Part shown: one piece after another, positions 25,701 through 36,800 of the stretch
How positions within the stretch are numbered: position 1 is the stretch's first letter
How the letters are laid out: each line of letters begins with the position of its first letter
Origin: Camelus ferus
Lineage: Eukaryota
Assembly: GCF_009834535.1 (NCBI RefSeq)
Contig: NC_045714.1
Span: forward strand, 2,604,001-2,668,000
Length of the DNA stretch: 64,000 bases
Direction: 5' to 3'
Made by a program: the position numbers and the translations under genes
The notes under the pieces: generated by a model
Told to the model about the DNA's origin: nothing
The model's input: only the letters and a program-made list of their open reading frames with translations
Databases searched by the model: none

Positions 25701-27305
25701 TGCCATAAAGAGAAGAGAACCATTATAGTAAAAGCAGTGAAAGGGAAAGTGTCGTGAAGCTATGCCCCAATGGTGCTGCCTGAAGAAGGCCCTGACCTGA
25801 GATTCACTTTATGGCTCTTTTCTAAAAATGGAGATGAGAAGTGTTGGAGAAGAGCTTTTTTTTTAAACCAAACTGGAGAGCCTCTCAATTTCTAGTCAGA
25901 AAGATTCACAGAGAATAAGAGGGGGAACCACCTCCTGCCTCTGATTCACTGTTACTTACTCCAGTACCTGCCAGCTACAAGTCAACATCAGTGCACATTC
26001 CACATTTGAGTAAAGGCTGAGCTGGGCCAGCGTTGCATTCAGTAGAGCTGGAAGCAGACCCAAGAAGGGGACTGCCTTGCCTGACCTCACCTAGTGAGGG
26101 AGTAGCTGACCTGAGGTTAGAAACTGGCCCTGAGAATGGTGTACTTTTCACGATGGTCATGATGGGGGCTGTGATGGGCCCTCCAGGTCTGGATTGGGGT
26201 AACCTGGCTAGGGATGTGGGGCTGTGTGTCCAGAGTAGAACAAAGCTCCAAGCTGGTATAAAGTTGGCTTTAGAGGACCAAGCAATGGGCCTGGGTCTCA
26301 GCACACCGCTGTTTTCCAGAAGGGCTATCATTAGAGCTAACTGTCCCATGGGAAGGGAGTGCTCCCTGGCAGGGGCAAAAGGGGCGGTGGTCCAGGCACT
26401 GAAGCTCATCTCTGTCTTTTTCTCCCTGTGCTGCCTTGGGCCTGGGTCATTTCAGACGAACCTCAGGTAAGATGGGACTGGCCTCCCGAGCTGCCACCCC
26501 AGCAGCTCCCACCCTCCTGGGCCTAGCCCCGGTGGGAAGAGGTGGGGGACGAGAGTTGGAAGTGTGGGGGTGGGGAGGGCAGGGGTCCGTGGACAACTTG
26601 CACCCGCCCTGACCCCCACCCTCCCTGCAGCTCTACACCCTCGCCGTGATGGGCCCGGGGCCGCCGGATCGCCAGCCGGCCCAGATCTCCCGCCGTTACT
26701 CGGACTTTGAGCGGCTGCACCGAAACCTGCAGCGGCAGTTCCGGGGCCCCATGGCGGCCATCTCCTTCCCCCGGAAGCGCCTGCGCCGGAACTTTACCGC
26801 AGAGACCATTGCCCGCCGCAGCCGGGCCTTCGAGCAGTTTCTGGGCCACCTCCAGGCCGTACCCGAGCTGCGCCAGGCCCCGGAGCTGCAGGACTTCTTC
26901 GTGCTGCCCGAGCTGCGGCGGGCACAGAGCCTCACCTGCACCGGCCTCTATCGGGAGGCGCTGGCGCTCTGGGCCAATGCCTGGCAGCTGCAGGCCCAGC
27001 TGGGCATCCCCTCAGGCCCAGACTGGCCCCTGCTGACCCTGGCCGGGCTGGCCGTGTGCCACCAAGAGCTGGAGGACCCTGGGGAAGCCCGGGCATGCTG
27101 TGAGAGGGCCCTCCAGCTGCTGGGGGACAAGAGTCCTCACCCCCTGCTGGCACCCTTTCTGGAGGCCCATGTGCGGCTCTCCTGGCGCCTGGGCCTGGAC
27201 AAACGCCAAACAGAGGCCCAGCTCCAGGCCCTGCAGGAGGCAGGTCTGACCCCGACACCACCCCCCAGTCTCAAAGAATTACTCATCAAGGAGGTGCTGG
27301 ACTAA
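22710..27305 (+). CDS. SNX21: Sorting nexin 21 (PX domain plus TPR-like PXB domain), 364 aa; exons 22710-22971, 23435-23592, 26631-27305
   Basis: MASRLLHRLRHALAGDGPGE...EDA-ERSPPPDGQRGSQPLARQLQDFWKKSRNTLVPQRLLFEVTSANVVKDPPSKYV-LYTLAVMGPGPPDRQPAQISRRYSDFERLHRNL...KELLIKEVLD*. PX motif RRYSDF present. The first coding intron needs a GC donor. Confidence 0.94.
22881..22919 (+). repeat. Coding GAC/GAG repeat giving the acidic tract EDEDDEDDEDDDE of SNX21
   Basis: GAGGACGAGGACGACGAGGACGACGAGGACGACGACGAG. Confidence 0.8.
24832..25040 (+). mobile_element. MIR SINE
   Basis: GGTTAAGAGCAGAGGCTTTGGA..CCTGGGTTTGAATCCCAGCT..GTGACTTAGGGGAAGTC..CTGTTGTGAGGATGAA..GTGCCTGGCACA. Confidence 0.7.
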
Positions 27306-27731
27306 CCTGGCCCAGACTGAAGGCCACTGTGGGGAGAGGCACTGCCCCTAGATGGGCGCTGGAGTTGGGGCTGATGAGGACATGGACAGCAGCTGGGAGG
27401 CTATAGGGGGTGCTGGGAACCCCTAGAAGCTCCACAGAGAATTTGCAGCAGACCAAGGAAACATGGTTCTGTTGAGCTGGGCTCAGGACAAGCTTGGGCT
27501 AGGATGGTGCAGGGAGAAAGTCTGATGCAGCCTCTCCAGCTTATGAATATCTGGGGACTGTGCCCCAGGTCAGGGTCAATGTTCCCCTTTCCTTGGGCCT
27601 CCAAGCCAGAGGCAGCCTGACCAAAGGGCCAGGGACTCTGCCTCTGGAATCCTGGAGTTGATGGCTGGAGGGAGGGCTGCAGTTCTGGCCCAGGGGAATT
27701 AAAGGCCAGCAGCTCCAATGGTATGCGTCTC

Positions 27732-27737
27732 TTTATT
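27732..27737 (-). terminator. Polyadenylation signal of ACOT8
   Basis: TTTATT on +, about 105 nt past the ACOT8 stop codon. Confidence 0.7.
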
Positions 27738-27840
27738 GGATGCCACAGACAGAGGGCCCAGCCCTGGACTGTAACTCCTGCCTCAGGAGTCTGGGTAGAA
27801 GGGAGAGCCTTGAAGCCCCAGGCCAAGCTGGTACCTCTGG

Positions 27841-30800
27841 CTACAACTTGCTCTTTGAGCCCTGGGGTGTCACTCGGATCACACCTTCCTGGGCACAGGT
27901 CACAGCCAGGACCCCGTCCTGACGCCACAGCCGCCCTTGAACCAGGCCCCGGGAGCCACCTGCAGGCAAAAGGAAGGGTGAGAACGGTCTTCTCTCTCCA
28001 GCACAGCCAAACGGGCTCCTTGAAAAAGGTGGGACTCAGGGTGGGCTACCCCATCGCAGGCACGCTGGGTGCTGTGGTCACTCCCAACCTCCACGTGCCC
28101 TTTTAGGAGTCCATTACATTGGGTCACTGGGGTTAACACCTCCCATGGGAACCCCGCCTGGCAATTTAAAAGCACTTTCACGTATCTGCTGGCTTCCTCA
28201 AAAAGATCTCAAGGGGAGAAGTTCTGAGAACAGTCCTCATAGCTTGGTTAAATAGATTTGCCCTGCTTCTGGCCACTTGTGTTAGGAAACTAATCAGTTC
28301 CCTTTATAATAAGTCAAACCAGGCCCTCCAGGCTGGTCATTCATTTAAAAAACAAAGAAAAAGAGCTATGCCCAACCCAAAGGGGCAACCCTCCCTCCCC
28401 ACCAAGGGATTCTCCCTTGCCTGCCCTGGGCCTGAGTCTGATGTTTCGGAAGGGAACTGCTGGTTTGTCTTACCGCAGTAGCGTTCACTTAGTTCTCACA
28501 GTAGCCAAGTGAAGCTGGTTTTGTCCCACTTTTCAGATGACACTACAGTCCAGAGAGGCTCAGGAACTTGGCCTTAATGATCAGGCCAAACCCAAACCCA
28601 AGAGAACGAACTTCAAGGTGGTTGTTCCTGATGCTGTTGGTACTTGAGAACCCCCCTGCCCTGAGTTTAAAGCGTCCTTTAAGTTTTGTCCCTGTTTCAC
28701 AAAGCTTTTCTTCCCTTGAAATGTTACTTCCTTGAGAATTCTGGGCTTCTCTCTTATCACCATAAGGAGTGTCCAAGTAGTGGGGCCCTGGGAGACTGTC
28801 GAGTGCCCTGACCACCACCAACCAGGTTAATTGTCAGAATCACTCAGGGAGCTTCTTAAAAATAGTTTCCTGGACCTTATCTAAGACCTGCAGAGTCAGA
28901 ATCTTGGGGGTAGAATCACAATGTTTTGAAAAAGCTCTCCCAAGTAGTGGTCTGATGGGCCACAAGCTTTGGATACCTCTGCTCTAATACAACCCTGTTT
29001 GTTTAGATGGGGAAACAAGCTCAGAGGAGAGATGGGACTTGCCCAAGATCATACAGAGAACCTGAAGTGGTTCTAGACTAGACCTGAGTCTGTGAGATAA
29101 AGTGAATCACTTTCCCATCATGTTATACAGAAATTAAGAGCTGAGCAGGTGTCCCAATCTCAGGCCTCACCCTGTCATTTTGAAGACAAGGATGCCACAG
29201 CCTAGGGGGGCAGGAGAGGAAGTGATCTGTGTGGTGCTCCAGGGGAAGTGGGCTGGAGTCGGGGGCGGGGGAAGCGTCACCCCAAAAAGCAGGCCCCTTG
29301 CCACCCCAAGGTCAACACCCTCATCCCATGTGGCCTGACACTCACCAGCCCAGGGGCTCTCACACTCATAGAGCATCCAGTGGTCAGCTCGGAAAGGAGC
29401 GTGAAACCACATGGAGTGGTCCAGGGAGACCATGAAGCGCACCGTATGCTGACACTGGTGGGGCAGTAGTGCTGTGCCCAGGAAGGCATAGTCCGAGATG
29501 TAGGCGGCCACGCAGCAGTGCATCTTGATGTCGCCCTCCCCTGCAACAGGTTCCGGCCCCATCATCCCTGGGCTCCTGGGCTTTACAGCTCAGGACCTGC
29601 AGAGAGGTGGGGCGAAAGGGGCTGCCATGCACAAATATGCAGACTGTTCAAATGCATGAGGGCACCTGGTCAGAGGTTGTTTGTGACGGGGAATAAGGGA
29701 GGTGGGGACGGGGGAGGGCGGGGTGAGTGAGGGTTGAAATCCAGTCTTCATTCCCCAGGTGTCCCTCCCTGGACCCTGGAAGTTTTTCCAATTTGCACAA
29801 AGGCACCTTACGGTTAACAGCGGACCTGGAGAATTTCACTCGGCAAGGTGTCTTGCCTTCCCCAGAAAGGGCTGACGTTAGGATGATAGTCACCTCCCCG
29901 TTCTCCCCATGCAAGGGGCTGAGCCAACTTCCCCATCATGTGGATAAGGAAACAGGCCCAGAGAGGGGAAGTAACATGCCTAAGGCCACACAGGGCAAAT
30001 GAGGTGCAGGTCTAGACCCCCAGAGTGTTTTCCTCCAGTCCACAGGGTCCTCTTACCAATATAGCCCCGAGCTCGCACCCAGAACATCTGTCTTGGCTCC
30101 ATGCTCTGCATCTGGCCCAGAGTGGGAGGGTTTACCAGCTTGATCTCAATGGGCACCTCCTGGGCAGCAATTCGGTTCAGCCCCACTCGGTACTTCTCCT
30201 GGAGGTTAGGGTCCCTGAAAGTAAAGGGAAGATGGACTGGGGGAGACCCAGGGAGATGGGGGGCCTCTCCTCTGAGCTGCCTCTTCTGACCCCCTTCATT
30301 CCTCTCTAGGGACTCCCGACTTATCCCCAGAGCTTCCCTCCCTCTGGCAGGCAGGACAGGATAGTATTTGCATCCCTTCATTGCCCCTTAAGAGCCCTGT
30401 GGCCTTGTGCAAGTTAGTAATCTCTCAGCCTGCCTTCCCATCTGCAAAATGTGGATAATGCCAGTAACCAAACTGGAGAAAACAAGATAATGCATCTAAA
30501 GTCAACACATCATAGAGTCCCATGGCGTACCCTGTAACAGGCACCGTTCCAGGCATTTCACACACCTTCCACACCCCTGTGAGATCAGTGCTAGCATCAC
30601 TGCCGCCTGATAAATGAAGGCAGCACAGAGAGTGCAGGTAGCTTGCTCAGGGAGTGGGAAGAAGCGGGAAGAGAAGGCGGGTTTCTGACGCAGGCCGTCT
30701 GGCTCCATGGTTCGTACTCTTAACCACTTCTCTATTCTAAATACTCAGAAAACAGGCTCCCTGCTGGACCCAGGTATAACCTGAGTAACTGGGGACACTG

Positions 30801-33800
30801 TGTCCCAGCCAGGGAACCCCCTTCGCTCCAGTAACGATCACCCCTCATGCTCTTCCCTGGTATTTCCATTTCCATCCCTATCCTCTTGAGCACCGTCTAA
30901 AAGAACCTTCTGTGATGATGGAAGTTTCTAGATCTTCACTGTCCACTATGGTAGCCACTAGCAGCATGTGGCTTTCGAGGGCTTGAGCTGTGGCAGTGTG
31001 ACTGAGGAATAGAACTGCTAATTCTCTTAAACATTAATCAACTTCTTATAGCCACCTATGGTTAGTGGCTTCTCAAGCACACCAGTAGATTTAGAGACCT
31101 TTAGGAACAATGTCTTCCTTTCATTTCCCAAACATCTCTGGGTTCTGACCACATCCCAGGCTCCCAGGCTCCATGCTTATATAGTGCTCTCTGTCAATAG
31201 TGCTATAACTTCAATTTACTGAGCACTCACCAGTGCCTTACTACCTATTCTCTCATTTAATCCTCACAGCAGTCTTCTGAGGTAGGAATTATGATTAGGA
31301 ATTATGATAACTGAGAGCACAGGGTGGGAGAGCAACTCACCAAACTCACACAGCTGGCAGTGACAGAGTCCAGATTTGAACCTAGGGCTTTCCCGGGTTC
31401 AAGCCTACCTCCGTTCCCATCCCATCATCCTGCCCCACCTCGTGTGGCAGAAGGAGCGGAGCTCTTTTTATGATACAGTGGTGAAGCAGGCAGGGCAGAG
31501 ACAACTGTTCCCGTTTCTCAGATGAAGAAGCAGGGCTCTGAGAGGCTGGGGAGTTGGGCAAAGGCACACAGCAGGTGGGCTGGCCCAAATCCATGTGACT
31601 GTCCTGTGTCAGGACCCAGAGCTCCTTCTGCTGCCCTGGCATTTTTCCAACTTTCTTAGCTGTGATCCAAGTAAGTAATCTCTTTGACCAGGTGATGTTC
31701 AGAATACTTAAACACACTACAGGAAAGGCAGCGGGGCCATCACTCTGCAGCAGGGACCCTCACCCCTGCCAGGCTGCTGCATCATGGGAGACCCCGAAGT
31801 AGGGGGCAGATCACTCAGGGATGGGGAAGGTGAGCATTTACCAAGCAGTTATAGAAGTTTTTCAATATTTTAACAACCAGTAAAGCTGTACCACTACCTG
31901 AACTGTCTGAATCACAAGCCCTGTATTTCACATTGCAATCCAATACACATGCTCTCACACACAACAGGATTCCTGCCCTTATGACAGGCCAGACCCTCCA
32001 GTATCTTCTTTTCTAGTCTATTTTTTTAAAATGCTGGTCAAGATCCACTAAAGGACCCCAAGACCCGCTAACAGGCAGTAACTGCAGTCTGAACACAGTC
32101 CTGAAGGCTCCAGGTCTCTCACCTTAAATACCGGTCAATGAGGGTCTCGTGGCCAAGCACCNNNNNNNNNNNNNNNNNNNNNNNNNNNNNNNNNNNNNNN
32201 NNNNNNNNNNNNNNNNNNNNNNNNNNNNNNNNNNNNNNNNNNNNNNNNNNNNNNNNNNNNNNNNNNNNNNNNNNNNNNNNNNNNNNNNNNNNNCTCGCCC
32301 CTGTTCGCGTCCGCTCCACCTGGTATAGCACCGGCACCTTCGGGTCCCCTGCAGCAGGCACAGGGGACACGGTGAGCCTGAGTGAGCCCCTTAGTCCCGG
32401 TCACCATCACCATAGCGGTGGGGTGAGGGGGCACCTCTGCTGCTCGTTCTCCTCTCTTCTGCTCAGTAGCTACTGACTGAGGCCTAAGGCCCAGGTCCTG
32501 GAGATACAGAGAACACCGGATTCTGTCATCTAGATGCTCCCGGTGCAGGCGGAGCCCCTCTCTGTCAATAGTACAGAACAGAAGGGACATTGCCAGATTC
32601 CCTGCGTTTAAAGCCCAGCTCTACCGCTCACCAGCCGTGTGACCTTGAGAAAGTAACTTAACCTCTCTGAGCAGTTAACCTGCGAAACTGGGATCCTTTC
32701 AGGATTTTAATGAGGATTAAATGAATTCAGAGTTATAAAGTGTTTAGAATAATATATGGCACATAGTAAGTGCTCTGTAGGGGTTTGTTAAATAAATAGC
32801 CTCAGTTTTTGTCTTGTTCCCTGTGTGACTAGGATCTTGTCATAGTCCAGTACCATTTTTCTAGATCAGGGGACAGCAGATCTGGCCTGCTGACTTTTTT
32901 TTTCTTCTGTTTTCTTTCTTCTCCTTCTTCTTTTTAGAACAAGCAGAGGCTATTTACTCAGAGTTTAGTACAGCAAGGGAGTCATCCACTATCACTTAAA
33001 GTTTGGCAGAGACTCCAAGGCACACAGAGGAGTGGGAAAGCTTGACAGTGAGAAAAAAGGTTTCAGGTAAGCCCTGCTTGGAGGCTGTTGGCTGGGGGAA
33101 AGCTGTAGGCAGGCTAACTAGAAGCAGGAGCCTATGTAATTGGTTAGGGGTACAGGTTTGGCTTTCCCTGGTTGGTCCTAAGTTGGAAGCAGGGGCAGAA
33201 ATTAGGGAAGCTGTCAGTTATTAATCAAGTCCAGGCCATTTGGGGCTGACTGTTACAGGGGCTATGGTCCAGCTTCTTGGATCAGTTACTAGAGATGATG
33301 GTCTGACTTCCCACAAGTCCCATTTGTAGCCAACAGGTTGGCTTCCTGTGCTAGTTGCTACCAACTGTGGGTCAGAGTTCTATTTTCTATATGATCTGGC
33401 CATTGTCTGAATATTCATTCTCTCAGGAAAAGGCTGCTGTCAGTTACTTCATCCTTAATGCAAATGGAAGCCACCTGGCCTTTCTCCTTCAGTATCTGTG
33501 ATCCCAATGCAGGATGGAAGACACTGGCCCTAGGGTGAGGACTATCAGCCCCCAACAAACAGGTTGGAGAGGGTCTTTAGAGGGAGCGAGTCTTCCTGGT
33601 GTCCCTGAATTCCTTTCGTCTGAGTCAGACCGACCTTGGAGAACCCTGCCGCGTAGGTAGTGAGATGGGATGATTTTCAACATTGAGATGAAAGAAGCAG
33701 TTCTAGGGAAGTGTTACTTCCTCCACCCCAACCAAATGGAGAACCCTCCAGACACTGGAGGCTCATTCAACAGCAATAAACAGCACTGTGAACCCTGAAG

Positions 33801-36800
33801 CCCAGGGGGTTGGCTCGGAGGTTTATTACCCAACATCGCCAAAGGGGCATTTTTATCAGAATGGGGGTTCCTCAAGGTCAAAAGCCTTTGAGAATGGCTT
33901 CCCAAGAGTCCAGACACTGGAAATAGCTACAAGTGCAGCCTGATTCTAGGGGCTGGGAAGGAGGTCTCCCTTCCCTATCAATGAACTTAAAAAAAAAAAA
34001 ATTAGCTTTCATCCAATCCTTGGGCTGCAGCAAAATGCAGTACTTTCAGTTACTAGTGATTTACCCTTCAATGTGAACGAGTTCCAGACCTGCTCTTCAA
34101 AATTCTTATTGGAGAAGAGCAGGTAGGCTCTGCAATATATTGAAGGAAGGGAGCTAACAGTTAGAGTGCATTAGTCATGTTGACTGGCAACAAAGAGGCT
34201 GCCAGATATTTCTCCAGCAAAGATGAGTTTATTAGGGAACAGAATTGCAATTCAGGATCTGCAACTATGACAATCCACGTGCAAGTCCTCTGCACAGCAG
34301 AGGAAGGAGAATGCTCTTATTGAGGGGAAAAGGGAGGGCTATAGTATAGTATAGTTGAGAGGGCTATAAAAAACAAAGAATACGTGGCTTTTCATTGGCT
34401 GAGTCCTCGGCAGGAAAGAAGAGAAGTCTCTTCTCTTCCTGCTGGTCTCTGCTATTGTTGTAGGGTGTGAGATCTTCCCCTTCTGGCCTCCCAACTCAGT
34501 AGAGGTTTCTGTGTACAAATCTTTTACAGTTACTATGGTATCTTTTCTCCCGTTGGTCTCACATTAACTATGCAAAGTGGGCTTTACCCTCATTGTATAG
34601 ATGAGGAAACTGATGCCCTAAAGAACATTTTTTGGTATACAGTCAAGCCCATTTGTTTATAGTGTCTGCTAGTGCTTTTGCCCACAAAACCTAAAATATT
34701 TACTATCTGGCCCTTTACAGAATGTTTTTTGACTACTGCTATAGAGTCTCCAAGTTCTAAACCTATACCAGTCAGATGACTCCTGGATTACACTCTTCTA
34801 CCTATCCTATAAATACTTTTTTGTAAATCAAAATACAAACCAAAACCCCTAACTGACCAACATTCTATTCCAGGCTTTTACAAAAAGAATTGATATGATA
34901 AATGGCCAAGGACTCCCAGTATCTTTTATTTTCAAATAACATTGGAGCACCATCACTGTTCATAAATCTTGATGTACCTGGTCATCAAGGGGGTCACATC
35001 ACAAACTAATAAAAGAGCTTCCCTTTTTGCCTTGCTGCCAGGAAGCTCAGAACTAATTTTTATATAAAATTGCAACAATATGCCTTAGCCTAATTTTTTG
35101 ATCATTTCCACCAAATCCCATTACTACTAGCCTCTTGGCCCTTGAATTTTATTTACCATTATTTTTTAAAATTTTGTACCAAATGTTTTATTTTTTCCAT
35201 ACTTTGTTATTTATCTTTATTTGCAGATTATATTCCATTATAGGTTATTATAAGATATTCAATATAATTCTCTGTGCTATACAGTAAATCCTTGTTGCTT
35301 CTATTTTATGCATAGTAGTTTGTATCTGTTAATTCCATACTCCTAATCTGCCTTGACTTTTATTTTAATAGGCCTATAATAGCTGTCAATTATTTTAAGC
35401 CATCTTGCAGGCTTCCAAGAAGCAGGTAGGGACACAAATAATTGGTGATTATTATGAAATACGAGTGTGAGCCCAGCTCATTTCAGACTGCCCCTGGCTG
35501 GAGAATTTCCAAAGAAGTGGATCCTTCCCCTGGAAGCTGGGATGGGCTCTCTCATGGTTTGGAATTATTGCCCAAGAGTGGAAGAGAAAAGCGCAGAAGG
35601 AAGCCAGAGTGTAGAGCTTGGAGCCACACAAACTCAAGTTCAAATCTCGGCTCTGCCGCTCTGAGCACTTGTGGGAGCTGCTTACATAACCACTTTGGGT
35701 CCAAGGTTCCTTACAAGTAGAATGGTGGCAAGAATGCTCACCACCTCTGTTTACTTATGAGGATTAAACAAGGTACAAAGCTGTGCTCTGTAACATGCAT
35801 ATTTTAATTACTCCCATAAATTCATCATCAAAAAATACTGATAGCAATCATTTATGGAAAACCCATAACATGCCAGGCCCTGCACTAGTTATTTAACCTG
35901 CCTGCAAAGACTCTTAGAATTCTTTTCAGAAACAAGACAATGAAACTGAGTAAGGGATCAGGTAATGTCCCCACCCCCACAAAATAAAACAAGACTGTCT
36001 CACTAGGCTAGAAGGATTACAATATCAAAAGGCTAGCAGTTTTGGAGTTTTCAACCAAACTGAGGAAACAAAGAGCACATTTGCTCCCAACTAGCATAAA
36101 GGTTAACAAGGTGGCTGGCCTGCCCCGAGATAAGCATTCAAATACTTTATGACTGTCAGGGCAGGACAGGAAATAAAAGGATGGGAAGTGAGGGGCAAGG
36201 GAATGTAGTATGAAAAGGTGTATTTACTATTAACTATTTTTATATTTGTAAAATAAGGGGGGAAACCCATTTTTTAAGATATGGATCACATATTATAAAG
36301 TACCATAAACTCTTCTCAGCTGATGGAACTATGAAGAAGAGACTGTCAAAATTGGGAGCATTGGCTTGCAAGGGAGGGAAAGCAAGTGAGATTTTGATGT
36401 TTCTCAAAAGAGAGCCTGGGTTTTAAAAAATTACTCTCTCCTTCTTTATTTGACCCCAGACCTGTAAGCAGCTATAGAGATCTCGCTCGGTCCCATCCCT
36501 CCTCCACTTTTCAGATGGGATGAAGGAGGGGCCGGGGAGGGTGGTTATCTCACTCGAGGTCGCAGGGCAAATCAAAGGTAAAGCTCAAACTAGGCCCAAG
36601 GTCTCTAGATTCCCAGGCTGGTGCGCTGTTCTCCAAGTTAAGCTGCCTGCCTCCAAACACTCAGGTTACAGCACCCCTCTGAGGACCCAGCACAGCACTG
36701 GCACCAGGTGTGTAAGGAATAAAGAACCAAAGACCCACGGGAAACAGTTAAATAACAAACTCTTGAGCCAGAAAAGAAGTCCCCAGTGTCTTAGCAGGTA

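Noticed and set aside
27401-28106. 175-aa (-) and 127-aa (+) ORFs over the SNX21/ACOT8 3' ends
   Set aside because: Alternative frames of the ACOT8 last exon and UTRs; no start context or domain support.
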